Of a DNA stretch of 64,000 bases, positions 1 through 14,021 are shown one piece after another. Origin of the DNA: the human T2T-CHM13v2.0 reference genome, Homo sapiens; assembly GCF_009914755.1 (NCBI RefSeq), contig NC_060931.1; one strand, 5' to 3'. The position numbers and the translations under genes were made by a program. The notes beneath the pieces were generated by a model. That model was not told the DNA's origin and did no database searches. It was given only the letters and a program-made list of their open reading frames with translations. Within the stretch, counting starts at the first letter, position 1. Each line of letters opens with the position of its first letter.

Positions 1-984
1 CATTGTGGATGTTTTCTAATAAGACATTTTTAAAGGTGTGGTCAGAGTCTCGAGTTTTTACTGGCAGAGAATGGCCATATTTTATTATATATGTAATTCG
101 ATGGACATCTAAATTATGACTTTCTGTTTTGGTAAAACATTCATAGCATATCTAGTGCTGAACCATGTAATTTACCCTCTAGTCCCCAAGATAATCAGGT
201 CATAATGTATAGATTTTAGCTTCAGTTACTAAATGTGATTTATTTTAATACTTGGTAGTCATAGAGCAAATAGTTAAAGATAAAAATCTCTACAGTGCCT
301 GAAAAAAATTTTCTGAAAATGTATCTGTAACTCTTTTAATATTTTTTTGTTATTTTATTACAGAAATCATGTATGTTTCTGGTAGATAGAGAGTATGAGT
401 AAAATTTAAAGACACATATTCTTATCAACCAGAGAAAACCAAGTAATATTTCTCTCTGTTTTTTCTAGGCATTTTATAAATACATACAATTTATACTTCA
501 CAGCCCATTTTTGTTCACAGAGTCAAAAGTTGATGAAAACAGAACAAAACGTGCCAACTAGCTTTTTTTTGTTTGATACAGATAGAACATTTTAATAGAA
601 GAAATTGTGTATTTTTAACTTGTCAGATCCCAATGTAGAACACTAATTGGAGAAGCCTAATTTTTCAATTTTTCAAGGAGGAAAGAGCACACATTTTATA
701 TTAAATGTCCAGTAATCTAATGAGCCTATAACTAAGAGACAGGAAAGGATTCCATTTTAAAAAGTTAAATAGACTATAGACTTCAATGTTGGGAACATCC
801 ATACAGAGTGGTCCTTGAATAATTTTGAGGTAGAAAATATCTTTCATATATAGACAAACTGCTATATTTTGTCTAATTGTCTCTGAATAATGATTGAATG
901 TTATCATGCAGGGGATTTAAAATTCTGGCCTAAATAAGGCTTTCAGTATTTAAATGATTAGTTAAAATGTACATAAAAAGTAAA

Positions 985-1471
985 TTAAGGACAGTCACAA
1001 ATTCTCTTGTTATTTCACCCATGTTATTTCAAGGTTGAATCTGAGCTGAGTATATTTCTTGCCAATAGGATAGAATGTGAGAGAAAATGTAAGATAAGTA
1101 GCATTCTGAGATATCTAAGACTATAAAATGCCTTGCAGCTTTTACTTTGGTTTTTTTGGAACACTTATTTTAGGGGAAGCAAACTCCATGTAACTAGTGC
1201 AAGCCTAAGACTCCATGTTGTGAGGAAGCCCAAGGTAGCTACAGGAAGAGAAGCAGATGCCTGAAGCTTCTGGCTGTTCATCTATTCAAGCCCAGGTACC
1301 AGATTTGAATGAAGAAGCTGTTAGAGGACTTCATCCTTAGCTGCTCTGTGGCTGAAACTCTATGAAGGACCCCAAGCTGAACATACCATCTGCAGAACCA
1401 TGGGTGATGAAAAAGTAAGGACTGAGATTTGGAGTAGTTTATGATACTATAGTAAGTAGGTAACTGGAACA
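985..1471 (+). mobile_element. MLT1G/H-like MaLR LTR (array copy 1)
   Basis: CCATGTTGTGAGGAAGCCCAAG core and ...TTTGGAGTAGTTT...TAACTGGAACA terminus resemble MLT1 LTRs. Confidence 0.75.
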
Positions 1472-1583
1472 CCCAGGTTGTAACTGAAAAGAGCCAGCCC
1501 ATAGTCAACTTACCAGTTTTATAGCAGGAACATTAAAGAGCCTTGAAGTATACACTTTTGGTGAAATAGAACATTTCTTGAGA

Positions 1584-1742
1584 GGGATCAGGAGACCCAG
1601 GATTTAGTCCTAGTTCTGCCACTGCAAAGTATGTACGGTTGGGCAATCAGTTAACCTCTTTCAGTTTTTGTTTCATCATCTGTAAAATGAATGATTGGGA
1701 CAAACAAATTTTAAAGTATTGTGGAGTTCTAAAATGCTTGAG
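1584..1742 (+). mobile_element. MIR-family SINE (array copy 1)
   Basis: TCAGGAGACCCAGG..AGTCCTAGTTCTGCCACT..AACCTCTTTCAGTTT..CATCTGTAAAATG core. Confidence 0.75.
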
Positions 1743-2113
1743 TTAATAACTTGGAATCAATAATGGGTAGACCCAGGTTGCCTGTATTTTTTAATTCCCT
1801 TAGGCTCTTAAGTGCCATCATAACCAAGCAGGGAGGAAATAAGAAAATTATGAGCCCCACTGATGGTAACTTGACTGTTTCATATATTCCCTCTGAGAAA
1901 TTTTTGGCTATGCCAGGAATATAGCAGTCATGTAGTGGGAAGGTTTTGCTGAATCATAATACCTTAGAATTAGAAAACTGGCTTCATGCAGGGTGAGCAA
2001 GCCTATGTTTCAAATTTATTTCCAGAAGGAAGCTGTTATTAGAGTCTTTGCTATAAAGGAATCAAATACCAAATGCCTTCTTGTCTTAGAATTCATGCTA
2101 CTTAGATGACTTT

Positions 2114-2429
2114 CTTTTTTTTCTTTTTCTTTCTTTTTTTTTTTTTTTTTGAGATGGAGTCTCACTCTGTTGCACAGGCTGGAGTGCAGTGCTGTGATGT
2201 CGGCTCACTGTACCCTCTGCCTCCTGGTTCAGGCAATTATCCTGCGTCAGTCTCTCAAGTAGCTGGGACTACAGGTGCGTGCCACCACACCTGGCTAATT
2301 TTCTATTTTTAGTAAAGATGGGGTTTCACCATGTTGGCCAGGCTGGTCTCGAACTCCTGACCTCAGGTGATCCACCTGCCTTGGCCTCCAAAAGTGCTGG
2401 GATTACAGCATGAACCACTGTGCCCGGCC
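2114..2429 (-). mobile_element. AluS, junction (probably chimeric) Alu between array units
   Basis: Poly-T then full Alu reverse complement; left flank CTACTTAGATGACTTT is not matched on the right (TTGGGGAAG). Confidence 0.95.
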
Positions 2430-2807
2430 TTGGGGAAGTTTTATGGAGAGGAATAACATATTTTCTTTTGAGCGTCAGACGGAGATTCTAATGGCAATAA
2501 CAGTAATACCATCTTCCTGAATTCCAAGTATTAGGGAGTTGTACTGTACAGAAAGCTGTTTCGGGTTCTGGGCCACAGTACACTATTTCATGCTTGTGAG
2601 TAACAGGCATGTCTCTATAGCCATAATCTAAGTTCTGGATCTGGTTTATTATGTAATTATGCAAAAATGAACCAAAAATTGAAGTACATAAATACCTATA
2701 TCTCCATCTATTGTTAATTTGTGGAGAAAACATTCTGATTTTTCCACCTGTTTTTTTCCCCCTGAAACAATATAAGAAAGGCAAGTGGTAGCTGCAGGTA
2801 TTGAGGA

Positions 2808-2998
2808 CCTGCCTCAGCCTCCCGAGTAGCTGGGACTACAGGCATGTGCCATCATGCCTGGCTAATTTTTGTATTTTAGTAGAGACAGGAGTTTGACCAT
2901 GTAGGCCAGGCTGGTCTCGAACTCCTGACCCCAGGTGATCTGCCCACCTGAGCCTCCCAAAGTGCTGGAATTGCAGATATGAGCTACTGTGCCCAGCC
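2808..2998 (-). mobile_element. Alu lacking its 3' ~100 nt and poly(A)
   Basis: Starts abruptly at CCTGCCTCAGCCTCCCGAGTAGC and ends GTGCCCAGCC. Confidence 0.93.
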
Positions 2999-5900
2999 TA
3001 AATACTGAAATTTATTTGTAGCTTATACCATCCATTGGATCATTTAGATCCTCTTTCAACACCACCGAGCCTATGTCAGGACATTTTGTATGTGTATATA
3101 TTTTGGATTTTAGATTAAAGAAACTTCAAATGCACCCTTCCACCCACTATTTAGGAATTAATTACTATGGCAGTCAGTTTGCCACTTGGATTGAGGGATT
3201 TGAGAGTCTTCACTTGTGGTTGCTTTTATCTGTGTCATGTGGGGAGGAGCAACAGTGAAGAATGTTGCTTATGTCTTATGCTATTGTCATCTGTCCAACC
3301 TATTTTATGTAAATTTCCCTTAATGACATGTTATAGACATGGTCTGCAATATTGGAATTTCCACTGTGAAGTTAATGTGTGGAGATAAATTTTGGCATGA
3401 CCACAACCTGGTCTTTACATACCTGGAGTCCACTCATTGTATGTAAAATTTTATAGACCATAATAGCCCCAACATCAAAGATGCTGAAGGAACAGCATGT
3501 ATGAAGTTCAAAACTCTGGGTACAAAGTTCTGGACGTATTTATAATTTTTATCTCCTTATGTTGTGGTCATTCAGCAGCATTTAAGTATCTGAGTATATT
3601 TGAGTCAGTGTGTGGAGTTTCATTCATTCATTCTCATTACTGTATTCACCTTTGTTGAATACAGCTACTCTTGTTTAAAGTGTTTAGTTGCTGTAAGTAA
3701 AACACGTGTTCCATTGCCCTTCCAAAGGGAAATCTATAATGTCTTTTATTCTCTCTTCTACTTAACCAACAAAATGCATTTGTTTTAAGCCATGATAATT
3801 TTTGACCTTGAACAATTCATAAACCACTCCAAAATAAGTGGCTTGTAAGCAAAAGAAGGGATTAAGCCTTTCATGAAATAATCCCATTATCAAATAAGAA
3901 ACTTCAGTTTTAATTTTTTTAATTTTTAGAAATTTTACCAACTCAAATAGTGTCTCAAAATCTCTCATACTGATGTTTATTGGTGATATAAGTTGACTGT
4001 TGATATAGACACAATTACCAGGAAACAGACACCCAAATATCCATCTTTACTGCTTCATACACCTTACTTCCATTCACTAAATGGTGCATACCAGTCAATT
4101 CATTAGGTCAATTTGAATGGGTATGAAAAATCTCCAAGGTAGAAAAATAATCACCAAGAAGTGAGCACTGTATTGGGGGTCTTCATTTCTCCAAACATTT
4201 TGTTGAGAGAAAGCAGGAGAAGGTATTTGCAAAAGAGGGGAGAATAATGAAATCATTCCCTGCTTCCTTCCTTAGCACATATGGTACTAAATGAAGTATT
4301 GGATATCACTGGTGTTCCTTTCTTGTGGTTGAGACCAGCTTACCTACTGAGAATCCTGAAAGGCGTAGAACAAAATCCTAGAAATGTCAAGCTCTTCTTG
4401 ATTTGAGGCACGCATTAGATTCTCAGTTTTCTAACACCCATAAAGCAGCAGAAAAGACAAAAATCCTGTAATGCACAACGACTCTGACATAAATAACCCT
4501 GTTATTCAAGAACAGCACAATATATTAAGAAGAAAGATAGAGTTCTTCCCATGGGACAAAGACTATAACTTCATGCTAAATGACAACTTTAGGAGTATCT
4601 TAAAGTAAACAAAATAAGGACCTACATAGAGCATTTCTTATCAGGTCCTATGCTATGACATTATTCAAAGCAGAGTTTTGTAAAAGCATTTTGCTGTCTG
4701 GGAGAAGGGGGCAGATGATGGGAGGGGTGGCGTCTCTGACACTCAGATTTCTCAAGGATGCTTACTGGTTTATGGGTCACTCACGTCCATGGATCTTACT
4801 TCTCTTAACTGAGTTTCTGAAAAGAACTAGGCTGGAGTAGCTTTGATATCATATCTTTTAATTAACAAATGTATTGAGTATAGCTCCTTGGTGTTGCCGG
4901 CCAAGGAAAAACCATAAACTTACATAATCGGGATTGTCCTCCTATGGCATAAACTTTACCAGAAAGCTGAATCACTTCTGCTTGGGCATAAACTGAGAGT
5001 TAATTTTTCCACAGCACTACAGTATTCCTCAAGACATCATTGTGGATGTTTTCTAATAAGACATTTTTAAAGGCGTGGTCAGAGTCTTGAGTTTTTACTG
5101 CTAGAGATTGACTGTATTTTATTATATATGTAATTTGATGGACATCTAAACTATGACTTTCTGTTTTGGAAAACATTCATAGAGTATCTAGTGCTGAACC
5201 ATGTAATTTATCCTCTAGTCTCAAGATAAACAGGTTATAATGTACAGATTTTAGCTTCCGCTACTAAATATGATTTAATACTTGGTAATCATACAGCAAA
5301 TAGTTAAAGATAAAAGTCTCTAAAGTACCTCAAAAAAATTTTCTGAACATGTATCTATAACTCTTCTTTAACATTTTATTATTATTTTATTACAGAAATC
5401 ATTTATGTTTCTGACAAAGAGTATGAGTAATAATTAAAGACCCATATTCTTATCAACCAGAGAAAACCAAATAATATTTCTCTCTGTTTTTTCTAGGCAT
5501 TCTATAAATACATACAATTATACTTCACAGCCCATTTTTGTTCACAGAGCAAAGGCTGATGAAAAGAAAATAAAATGTGCCAACTAGCTTTTTTTGTTTG
5601 TTACAGATAGAACATTTTAATAGAACAAATTCTGTGTTTTTAACTTGTCAGATCCCAACGTAGAACACTAATTGGAGAAGCCTAAATTTTCAATTTTCCA
5701 AGGATGAAAGAGCACACATTTTATATTAAATGTCTAGTGATCTAATGAGCCTATAGCTGTGAGACAGGAAAGGATTCCATTTTAAAAAGTTAAATAGACT
5801 ATAGACTTCAATGTTGGGAACATCCATACAGAGTGGTCCTTGAATAATTTTGAGGTAGAAAATATCTTTCATATACAGACAAACTGCTATATTTTGTCTA

Positions 5901-6005
5901 ATTGTCTCTGAATAATGAATGTTATCATGCAGGGGATTTAAAATTCTGGCTAAAATAAGGCTTTCAGTATTTAAATAAATTGTTAAAATATACATAAAAA
6001 GTAAA

Positions 6006-6490
6006 TTAAAGATGGTCACAAATTCTCTTATTTTACCCATGTTATTTCAAGGTTGAATCTGAGCTGAGTATATTTCTTGCCAATAGGATAGAATGTGAGA
6101 GAAAATGTAAGATAAGTAGCATTCTGAGCCATCTAAGACTATAAAATGCCTTCCAGCTTTTACTTTGCTCTTTTGGAACACTTATTTTAGGGGAAGCAAA
6201 CTCCATGTAAGTAGTGCAAGCCCAAAACTCCATGCTGTGAGGAAGCCCAAGGTAGCTACAGGAAGAGAAGCAGATGCCTGAAGCTTCTGGCTGTTCATCT
6301 ATTCAAGCCCAGGTACCAGATTTGAATGAAGAAGCTGTTAGAGGACTTCATCCTTAGCTGCTCTGTGGCTGAAACTCTGTGAGGGAGACCAAGCTGATCA
6401 TACAATCTGCAGAACCATGGGTGATAAAAAAGTAAGCTACTGAGTTTTGGAGTAGTTTATGATACAACAGTAAGTAGGTAACTGGAACAC
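6006..6490 (+). mobile_element. MLT1G/H-like LTR (array copy 2)
   Basis: Paralog of 985-1471. Confidence 0.75.
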
Positions 6491-6601
6491 CAAGGCTGTA
6501 ACTAAAAAGAGCCAACCCATAGTCAACTTACCAGTTTTATAGCAGGAACATTAAAAAGCCTTGAAATATACACTTCTGGTGAAATAGAACATTTCTTGAG
6601 A

Positions 6602-6761
6602 GGGATCAGGAGACCCAGGATTTAGTCCTAGTTCTGCAACTGCAAAGTATGTACAGTTGGGCAATCAGTTAACCTCTTTCAGTTTTGGTTTCATCATCTA
6701 TAAAATGAATGATTGGGACAAAATGAATTTTAAAGTATTGTGGAGTTCTAAAATGCTTGAG
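6602..6761 (+). mobile_element. MIR (array copy 2)
   Basis: Paralog of 1584-1742. Confidence 0.75.
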
Positions 6762-7132
6762 TTAATAACTTGGAATCAGTAACAGGTAGTCCCTTGTTGC
6801 CTGTGTTTTTTAATTCCCTTAGGCTCTTAAGTGCCATCATAACCAAGCAGGGAGGAAATAAGAAAATTATGAGCCCCATTGATGGCAACTTGATTGTTTC
6901 ACGTATTCCCTCTGAGAAATTTTTGGCTATGCCAGGAATATAGCAATCATGTAGTGGGAGGGTTTTGCTGAATCATAATACCTTAGAATTAGAAAACTGG
7001 CTTCATGCAGGATGAGCAAGCCTGTGTTTCAAATTTATTTCCAGAAGGAAGCTGTGATTAGAGTCTTTGCTATAAAGGAATCAAATACCAAATGCCTTCT
7101 TGTCTTAGAATTCATGCTACTTAGAGGACTTT

Positions 7133-7438
7133 CTTTCTTTCTTTTTTTTTCTTTTTTTTTGAGATGGAGTCTCACTCTCTCGCCCTGGCTGGAGTGCGGT
7201 AATGATCTCGGCTCACTGTAAACTCCGGCTCCCGGTTCAGGCAATTCTTCTCCCTCAGCCTCCTGAGTAGCTGGGACTACAGGTGCGTGCCACCACACCT
7301 GGCTAATTTCTTATTTTTAGTAAAGATGGGGTTTCACCATGTTGGCCAGACTGGTCTCGAACTCCTGACCTCAGGTGATCCACCTGCCTTGGCCTACCAA
7401 AGTGCTGTGATTACAGGCATGAACCACCGTTCCCGGCC
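7133..7438 (-). mobile_element. AluS, junction (probably chimeric) Alu
   Basis: Same mismatched flanks as 2114-2429. Confidence 0.95.
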
Positions 7439-7817
7439 TTGGGGGATGTTTTATGGAGAGGAATAACATGTTTTCTTTTAAGCCTCAGATGGAGAATCAA
7501 ATGGCAATAACAGTAATACCATCTTCCTGAATTCCAAGTATTAGGGAGTTGTACTGTACAGAAAGCTGTTTCAGGTTCTGGGCCACAGAACAGTATTTCA
7601 TGCTTGTGAGTAACAGGCATGTCTCTATAGCCATAATCCAAGTTCTGGATCTGGGTTTATTATGTAATTATGCAAAAATAAACCAAAAATTGAAGTACAT
7701 AAATTCATATATCTCCATCTATTGTTAATTTGTGGAGGAAACATTCTGATTTTTCCATCTGTTTTTTTCCCCTGAAACAATATAAGAAAGGCAAGTGGTA
7801 GCTGCAGGTATTGAGGA

Positions 7818-8009
7818 CCTGCCTCAGCCTCCCGAGTAGCTGGGACTACATGCACATGCCACCATGCCTGGCTAGCTTTTGTATTTTTAGTAGAGACAGG
7901 AGTTTTACTATGTAGGCCAGGCTGGTCTTGAACTCCTGACCCCAGGTGATCTGCCCACCTGAGCCTCCCAAAGTGCTGGGATTGCGGGCATGAGCCACTG
8001 TGCCCAGCC
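7818..8009 (-). mobile_element. 3'-truncated Alu (array copy)
   Basis: Paralog of 2808-2998 with identical truncation point. Confidence 0.93.
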
Positions 8010-11000
8010 TAAATACTGAAATTTATTAGTAGCTTATACCATCCATTGGATCATTTAAATCCTCTTTCAACACCAAAAAGACTGTGTCAGGGCCTTTTGT
8101 GTGTGTGTCTATTTTGGATTTTAGATTAAAGAAACTTCAAATGCACCCTTCCACCTACTATTTAGGAGTTAATTTCTATGGCAGTCAGTTTGCCACTGGA
8201 TTGAGGGATTTGAGAGTCTTCACTTGTGGTTGCTTTTATCTGTGTCATGTGGGGAGGAGCAACAGTGACGAATGTTGCTTATGTCTTACGCTATTGTCAT
8301 CTGTCCAACCTATTTTATGTAAATTTCCCTTAATGACATGTTATAGATATGGTCTGCAATATTGGAATTTCCACTGTGAAGTTAATGTGTGGAGATAAAT
8401 TTTGGCATGACCACAACCTGGTCTTTATATACCTGGAGTGCACTCATTGTTACAGACCATAACAGCCCCAATATCAAAGATGCTGAAGGAAAAGCATGTA
8501 TGAAGTTCAAAACTCTGGGTACAAAGTTCTGGACATATTTATAATATTTATCTCCTTATGTTGTGGTCATTCAGTAGCATTTAAGTATCTGAGTATATTT
8601 GAGTCAGTGTGTGGAGTTTCATTCATTCATTCTCATTACTATATTCACTTTTGTTGAATACAGTTACTCTTGTATAAGGTGTTTAGTTGCTGTAAGTAAA
8701 ACACGTGTTCCATTGCCCTTCCAAAGGGAAATCTATAATGTCTTTTATTCTCTCTTCTACTTAATCAACAAAATGCATTTGTTTTAAGCCATGGTAATTT
8801 TAGACCTTGAGCAATTCATAAACCACTCCAAAATAAGTGGTTTGTAAGCAAAAGAAGGGATTAATCTTTTCATGAAATAATCCCATTATCAAATAAGAAA
8901 CTTCAGTTTTAATTTTTTTTAATTTTTATTTTACCAACTCAAATAGTGTCTCAAAATCTCTCATACTGATGTTTATTGGTGATATAAGTTGATTGTTGAT
9001 ATAGACACAATTACCAGGAAATAGACACCCAAATATCCATTTTTACTGCTTCATACACCTAACTTCCATTCACTAAGTGGTGCATACCAGTCAGTTCATT
9101 AGGCCAATTTGAATAGGTATGAAAAATCTCCAAGGAAGAGAAATAGTCTCCAAGGAAGAAAAATAATCACCGAGAAGGGAGCACTGTATTGGGGGTCCTC
9201 ATTTCTCCTAAACACTTTGTTGAGAGAAAGAAGAAGGCATTGTGCAAAACGGGAGAATAATTAAATCATTCCCTGCTTCTTTCCTTAGCACATACGGTAC
9301 TAAATGAAGTAGTGGATATCACTGGTGTTCCTTTCTTGTGGTTGAGAGCAGCTTACATACTGAGAATCCTGAAAGGCGTAGAACAAAATCCTAGAAATGT
9401 CAAGCTCTTCTTGATTTGAGGCACGCATTAGATTCTCAGTTTTCTAACACCCATAAAGCAGAAGAAAAGACAAAAATCCCATATTGCACAATGACTTTGA
9501 CATAAATAACCCAGTTATTCAAGAACAGCACAATGTGTTAAGAAGAAAGATACAGTTCTTCCCATGGGACAAAGAGTATAACTTCATACTAAATGACAAC
9601 TTTAGTAGTATCTTAGACAAAATAAGGACCTATATAGAGCATTTCTTATCAGGTCCTATAATATGACATCATTCAAAACAGAGTTTTGTAAAAACATTTT
9701 GCTGTCTGGGAGGAGGGGGCAGAAGATGGGAGGGGTGACGTCTCTGACACTCAGATTTCTCAAGGATGCTTACTGGTTTATGGGTCACTCAGGTCCATGG
9801 ATCTTACTTCTCTTAACTGAGTTTCTGAAAAGAACTAGGCTGGAGTAGCTTTGATATCATATCCTTTAATTAACAAATGTATTGAGTATAGCTGCTTGTT
9901 GTTGCCGGCCAAGGAAAAACCATAAACTTACATAATCGAGATTGTCCTCCTATGGCATAAACTTTACCAGAAAGCTGAATCACTTCTGCTTGGGCATAAA
10001 CTGAGAGTTAATTTTTCCACAGCACTACAGTATTCCTCAAGAGATCATTGTGGATAATTTCTAATAATACATTTTTAAAGGCGTGGTCAGAGTCTCCAAG
10101 TTTTACTGCTAGAGATTGGCCATATTTTATTATATATGTAATTTGATGGACATCTAAATTATGACTTTCTGTTTTGGTAAAACATTCATAGCTTATCTAG
10201 TGCTGAACCATGTAATTTACCCTCTAGTCTCCACGATAATCAGGTTATAATGTATAGATTTTAGCTTCAGTTACTAAATGTGATTTATTTTAATAGTTGG
10301 TAGTCATAGAGCAAATAGTTCAAGATAAAAGTCTCTACAGTGCCTGAAAAAAATTTTCTGAAAATGTATCTATAACTCTTCTTTAACATTTTATTATTAT
10401 TTTATTACAGAGATCATTTATGTTTCTGGAAGTGAGTATGAGTAATAATTGAAGACACAGATTCTCATCAACCAGAGAAAACCAAATAATATTTCTCTGT
10501 TTTTTCTAGGCATTTTATAAATACATACAATTTATACTTCACAGCCCATTTTTGTTTGCAGAGTCAAAAGATGATGAAAAGAGAACAAAATGTGCCGACT
10601 AGCTTTTTTTGTTTGTTACAGATAGGACATTTTAATAGAAGAAACTGTGTATTTTTACCTTGTCAGATCCCAATGTAGAACACTAATTGGAGAAGCCTAA
10701 TTTTTCAATTTTTCAAGGAGGAAACAGCATACATTTTATATTTAATGTCTAGTAATGAACCGATAGCTATGAGACAGGAAAGGATTCCATTTTTAAAAGT
10801 TAAATAGACTATAGACTTCAAGGTTGGGAACATCCATACAGAGTGTGGTCCTTGAATAATTTTGGGGTAGAAAATATCTTTCATATACAGACAAACTGCT
10901 ATATTTTGTCTAATTGTCTCTGAATAATGATTGAATGTTATCATGCAGGGGATTTAGAATTCTGGCTAAAATAAGGCCTTCAGTATTTAAATAAATTGTT

Positions 11001-11021
11001 AAAATATACATAAAAAGTAAA

Positions 11022-11508
11022 TTAAAGACAGTCACAAATTCTCTTGTTATTTCACCCATGTTATTTCAAGGTTGAATCTGAGCTGAGTATATTGCTTGCC
11101 AATAGGATAGAATGTGAGAGAAAATGTAAGATAAGTAGCATTCTGAGACATCTAAAACTATAAAATGCCTTGCAGCTTTTTCTTTGGTCTTTTGGAACAC
11201 TTATTTTGGGGGAAGCAAACTCCATGTAAGTAGTGCAAGCCCAAGACTTCATGCTGTGAGGAAGCCCAAGGTAGCTACAGGAAGAGAAGCAGATGCCTGA
11301 AGCTTCTGGCTGTTCATCTATTCAAGCCCAGGTACCAGATTTGAATGAAGAAGCTGTCAGAGGACTTTATCCTCAGCTGCTCTGTGGCTGAAACTCTATG
11401 AAGGACTCCAAGCTGAACATACCATCTGCAGAACCATGGGTGATGAAAAAGTAAGCTACTGAGTTTTGGAGTAGTTTATGATACTATAGTAAGTAGGTAA
11501 CTGGAACA
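11022..11508 (+). mobile_element. MLT1G/H-like LTR (array copy 3)
   Basis: Paralog of 985-1471. Confidence 0.75.
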
Positions 11509-11619
11509 CCCAAGTTGTAACTAAAAAGAGCCAGCCCATAGTCAACTTACCAGTTTTATAGCAGGAACATTAAAGAGCCTTGAAATATACACTTTTGGTG
11601 AAACAGAACATTTCTTGAG

Positions 11620-11780
11620 AGGGATCAGGAAACCCAGGATTTAGTCCTAGTTCTGTAACTGCAAAGTATGTACAGTTGGGCAATCAGTTAACCTCTTTCA
11701 GTTTTGGTTTCATCATCTATAAAATGAATAATTGGGACAAAATGAATTTTAAAGTATTGTGGAGTTCTAAAATGCTTGAG
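11620..11780 (+). mobile_element. MIR (array copy 3)
   Basis: Paralog of 1584-1742. Confidence 0.75.
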
Positions 11781-12151
11781 TTAATAACTTGGAATCAATA
11801 ACAGGTAGTCCCTGGTTGCCTGTATTTTTTAATTCCCTTAGGCTCTTAAGTGCCATCATAACCAAGCAGGGAGGAAATAAGAAAATTATGAGCCCCATTG
11901 ATGGCAACTTGATTGTTTCACGTATTCCCTCTGAGAAATTTTTGGCTATGCCAGGAATATAGCAGTCATGTAGTGGGAAGGTTTTGCTGAATCATAATAC
12001 CTTAGAATTAGAAAACTGGCTTCATGAAGGATGAGCAAGCCTATGTTTCAAATTTATTTCCAGAAGGAAGCTGTGATTAGAGTCTTTGCTATAAAGGAAT
12101 CAGATACCAAATGCCTTTTTGTCTTAGAATTCATGCTAGTTAGATGACTTT

Positions 12152-12476
<325 letters not shown>

Positions 12477-13020
12477 TGACTTTTTAAGGGAGAAAACACA
12501 AAACTCATGATTAATTCAAGTTTTAATTTGTTGTAGGGAACTTGAAATCCCCTTTTGCTTTTAATGTTGCACCAAAATCCATCTAAATTTCAACCTCTGA
12601 GGACTTTGGATTTGTTATATGAAAAGATATTTAATGAAGACTAACTAAATGTATTATAGTCACTGAATGTGGCAGGGTAAAAGTCTAGGACCCATGTTTT
12701 CCCTTCAAATGATTCATAACACCTCCAGGAGAGAACACATGTTTAAAAAATAGAAATATTAATAATGAAATAAAGTTATATAGGAGATATTGATAATGGT
12801 TATATAAATAATCACTTTCAGGGTTTTTAGACTGAGACTCTGGTGTATTCTACTAGGGGCCACATTTAAATCCTTTTGACAGAAGCATGTTTGATAGTCA
12901 TTAGGAAATCTGGGTTTAGGGACAGGAGACAAGGTGGAAGAAAGGAAAAAAAAAGAAAGATGATATATGAAATGCATTCATAAGAGGGTTGTACCTTCTT
13001 AGGCATGGTGGGAGCATGAT

Positions 13021-13053
13021 CACACACACACACACACATGCACCCACACACAC
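13021..13053. repeat. imperfect (CA)n microsatellite
   Basis: Direct read. Confidence 0.9.
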
Positions 13054-13779
13054 AAGCTGAACCTTCTTCCTCTTTCATTTAAAACATTGAATTGGTTATA
13101 GCTACTTGCAGTGTTCTGTCCCTAGCATTACTATTTCTCTGGCAAAGATGGAGTAAGGGTTGGGGAGTTTCTTCACCTTGACCCAAGTGATTTGAATTAC
13201 ATTCAGTCTTCATATCATCACAGAACAACAAACAAGACGAGACTAAGGGTTCATATAATGGGTCAGGGTTTTCAGCTTTCTCAGCTTGAATATAATTCAG
13301 AATGAGCTGTCCCTGAACATGTCTGGGACATGTTCTGGGAAGCTGACCTACAGGAAGCCTAATTTACATCAAGATCAAGGGCCTCAGTGATAATTACATT
13401 AGAGTATTCCTGGAATTCCTTTTTATTTTGGGATGAGTCACTCTTTAAGCAAAATACATGTACTGCGTACCTTTGTGGTGCTGCTGACTGGTATGTGTAG
13501 CTTGAGTATCTCATATTTAAGCACTGCCTAATGTGTGTCTGAGCTCTAGCCACACATTCATTTACTTAAACACTTTGCCTATACATAATTATTTACATTT
13601 ACTCTTTACCTATGCTTTTACCTACAATGTTCCAACTTTCCCACCTCATTCACTTTTCTTTAATGTCTCCACTGATCCACTTCATGGAATAGGTCAAGCA
13701 CCATCTCCTTAAGCAAACTGCAATAGCCTTGACAAGGCACTTCATAGCACACTGCAAACCTTTTGTGTTCTTTGCTATG

Positions 13780-13850
13780 CTGTTTTACAAAGTTTTTATA
13801 CCCCCACTTAACTATAAACTCCTTGAGGGCAAGGACAATGGTTTGTTTCT
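13780..13850 (+). mobile_element. L2 3' fragment interrupted by the L1 (resumes ~14990-15050)
   Basis: AACTATAAACTCCTTGAGGGCAAGGAC resembles the L2 3' end. Confidence 0.6.
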
Positions 13851-14021
13851 TAATTTTTACTTTAGATTCAGGGGCACATTTGTAGGTTTGTTTTATATAT
13901 ATATGTACACACATACATATATATATACACATATATACATATATATACACATATATATACATATATATACACATATATATACATATATACACATATATAT
14001 ACACATATATATACACACACA

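Noticed and set aside
2488-2784. 98-aa ORF (..YGYRDMPVTHKHEIVYCGPEPETAFC..) repeated in the array
   Set aside because: The paralog is frameshifted and split (7411-7641, 7625-7855); no recognisable domain; recurrence is explained by DNA duplication.
3073-3388. Cys-rich ORFs recurring at 8084-8398
   Set aside because: The frame differs between copies (1-bp indel), there is no zinc-finger spacing, and the composition reflects TG-rich DNA.
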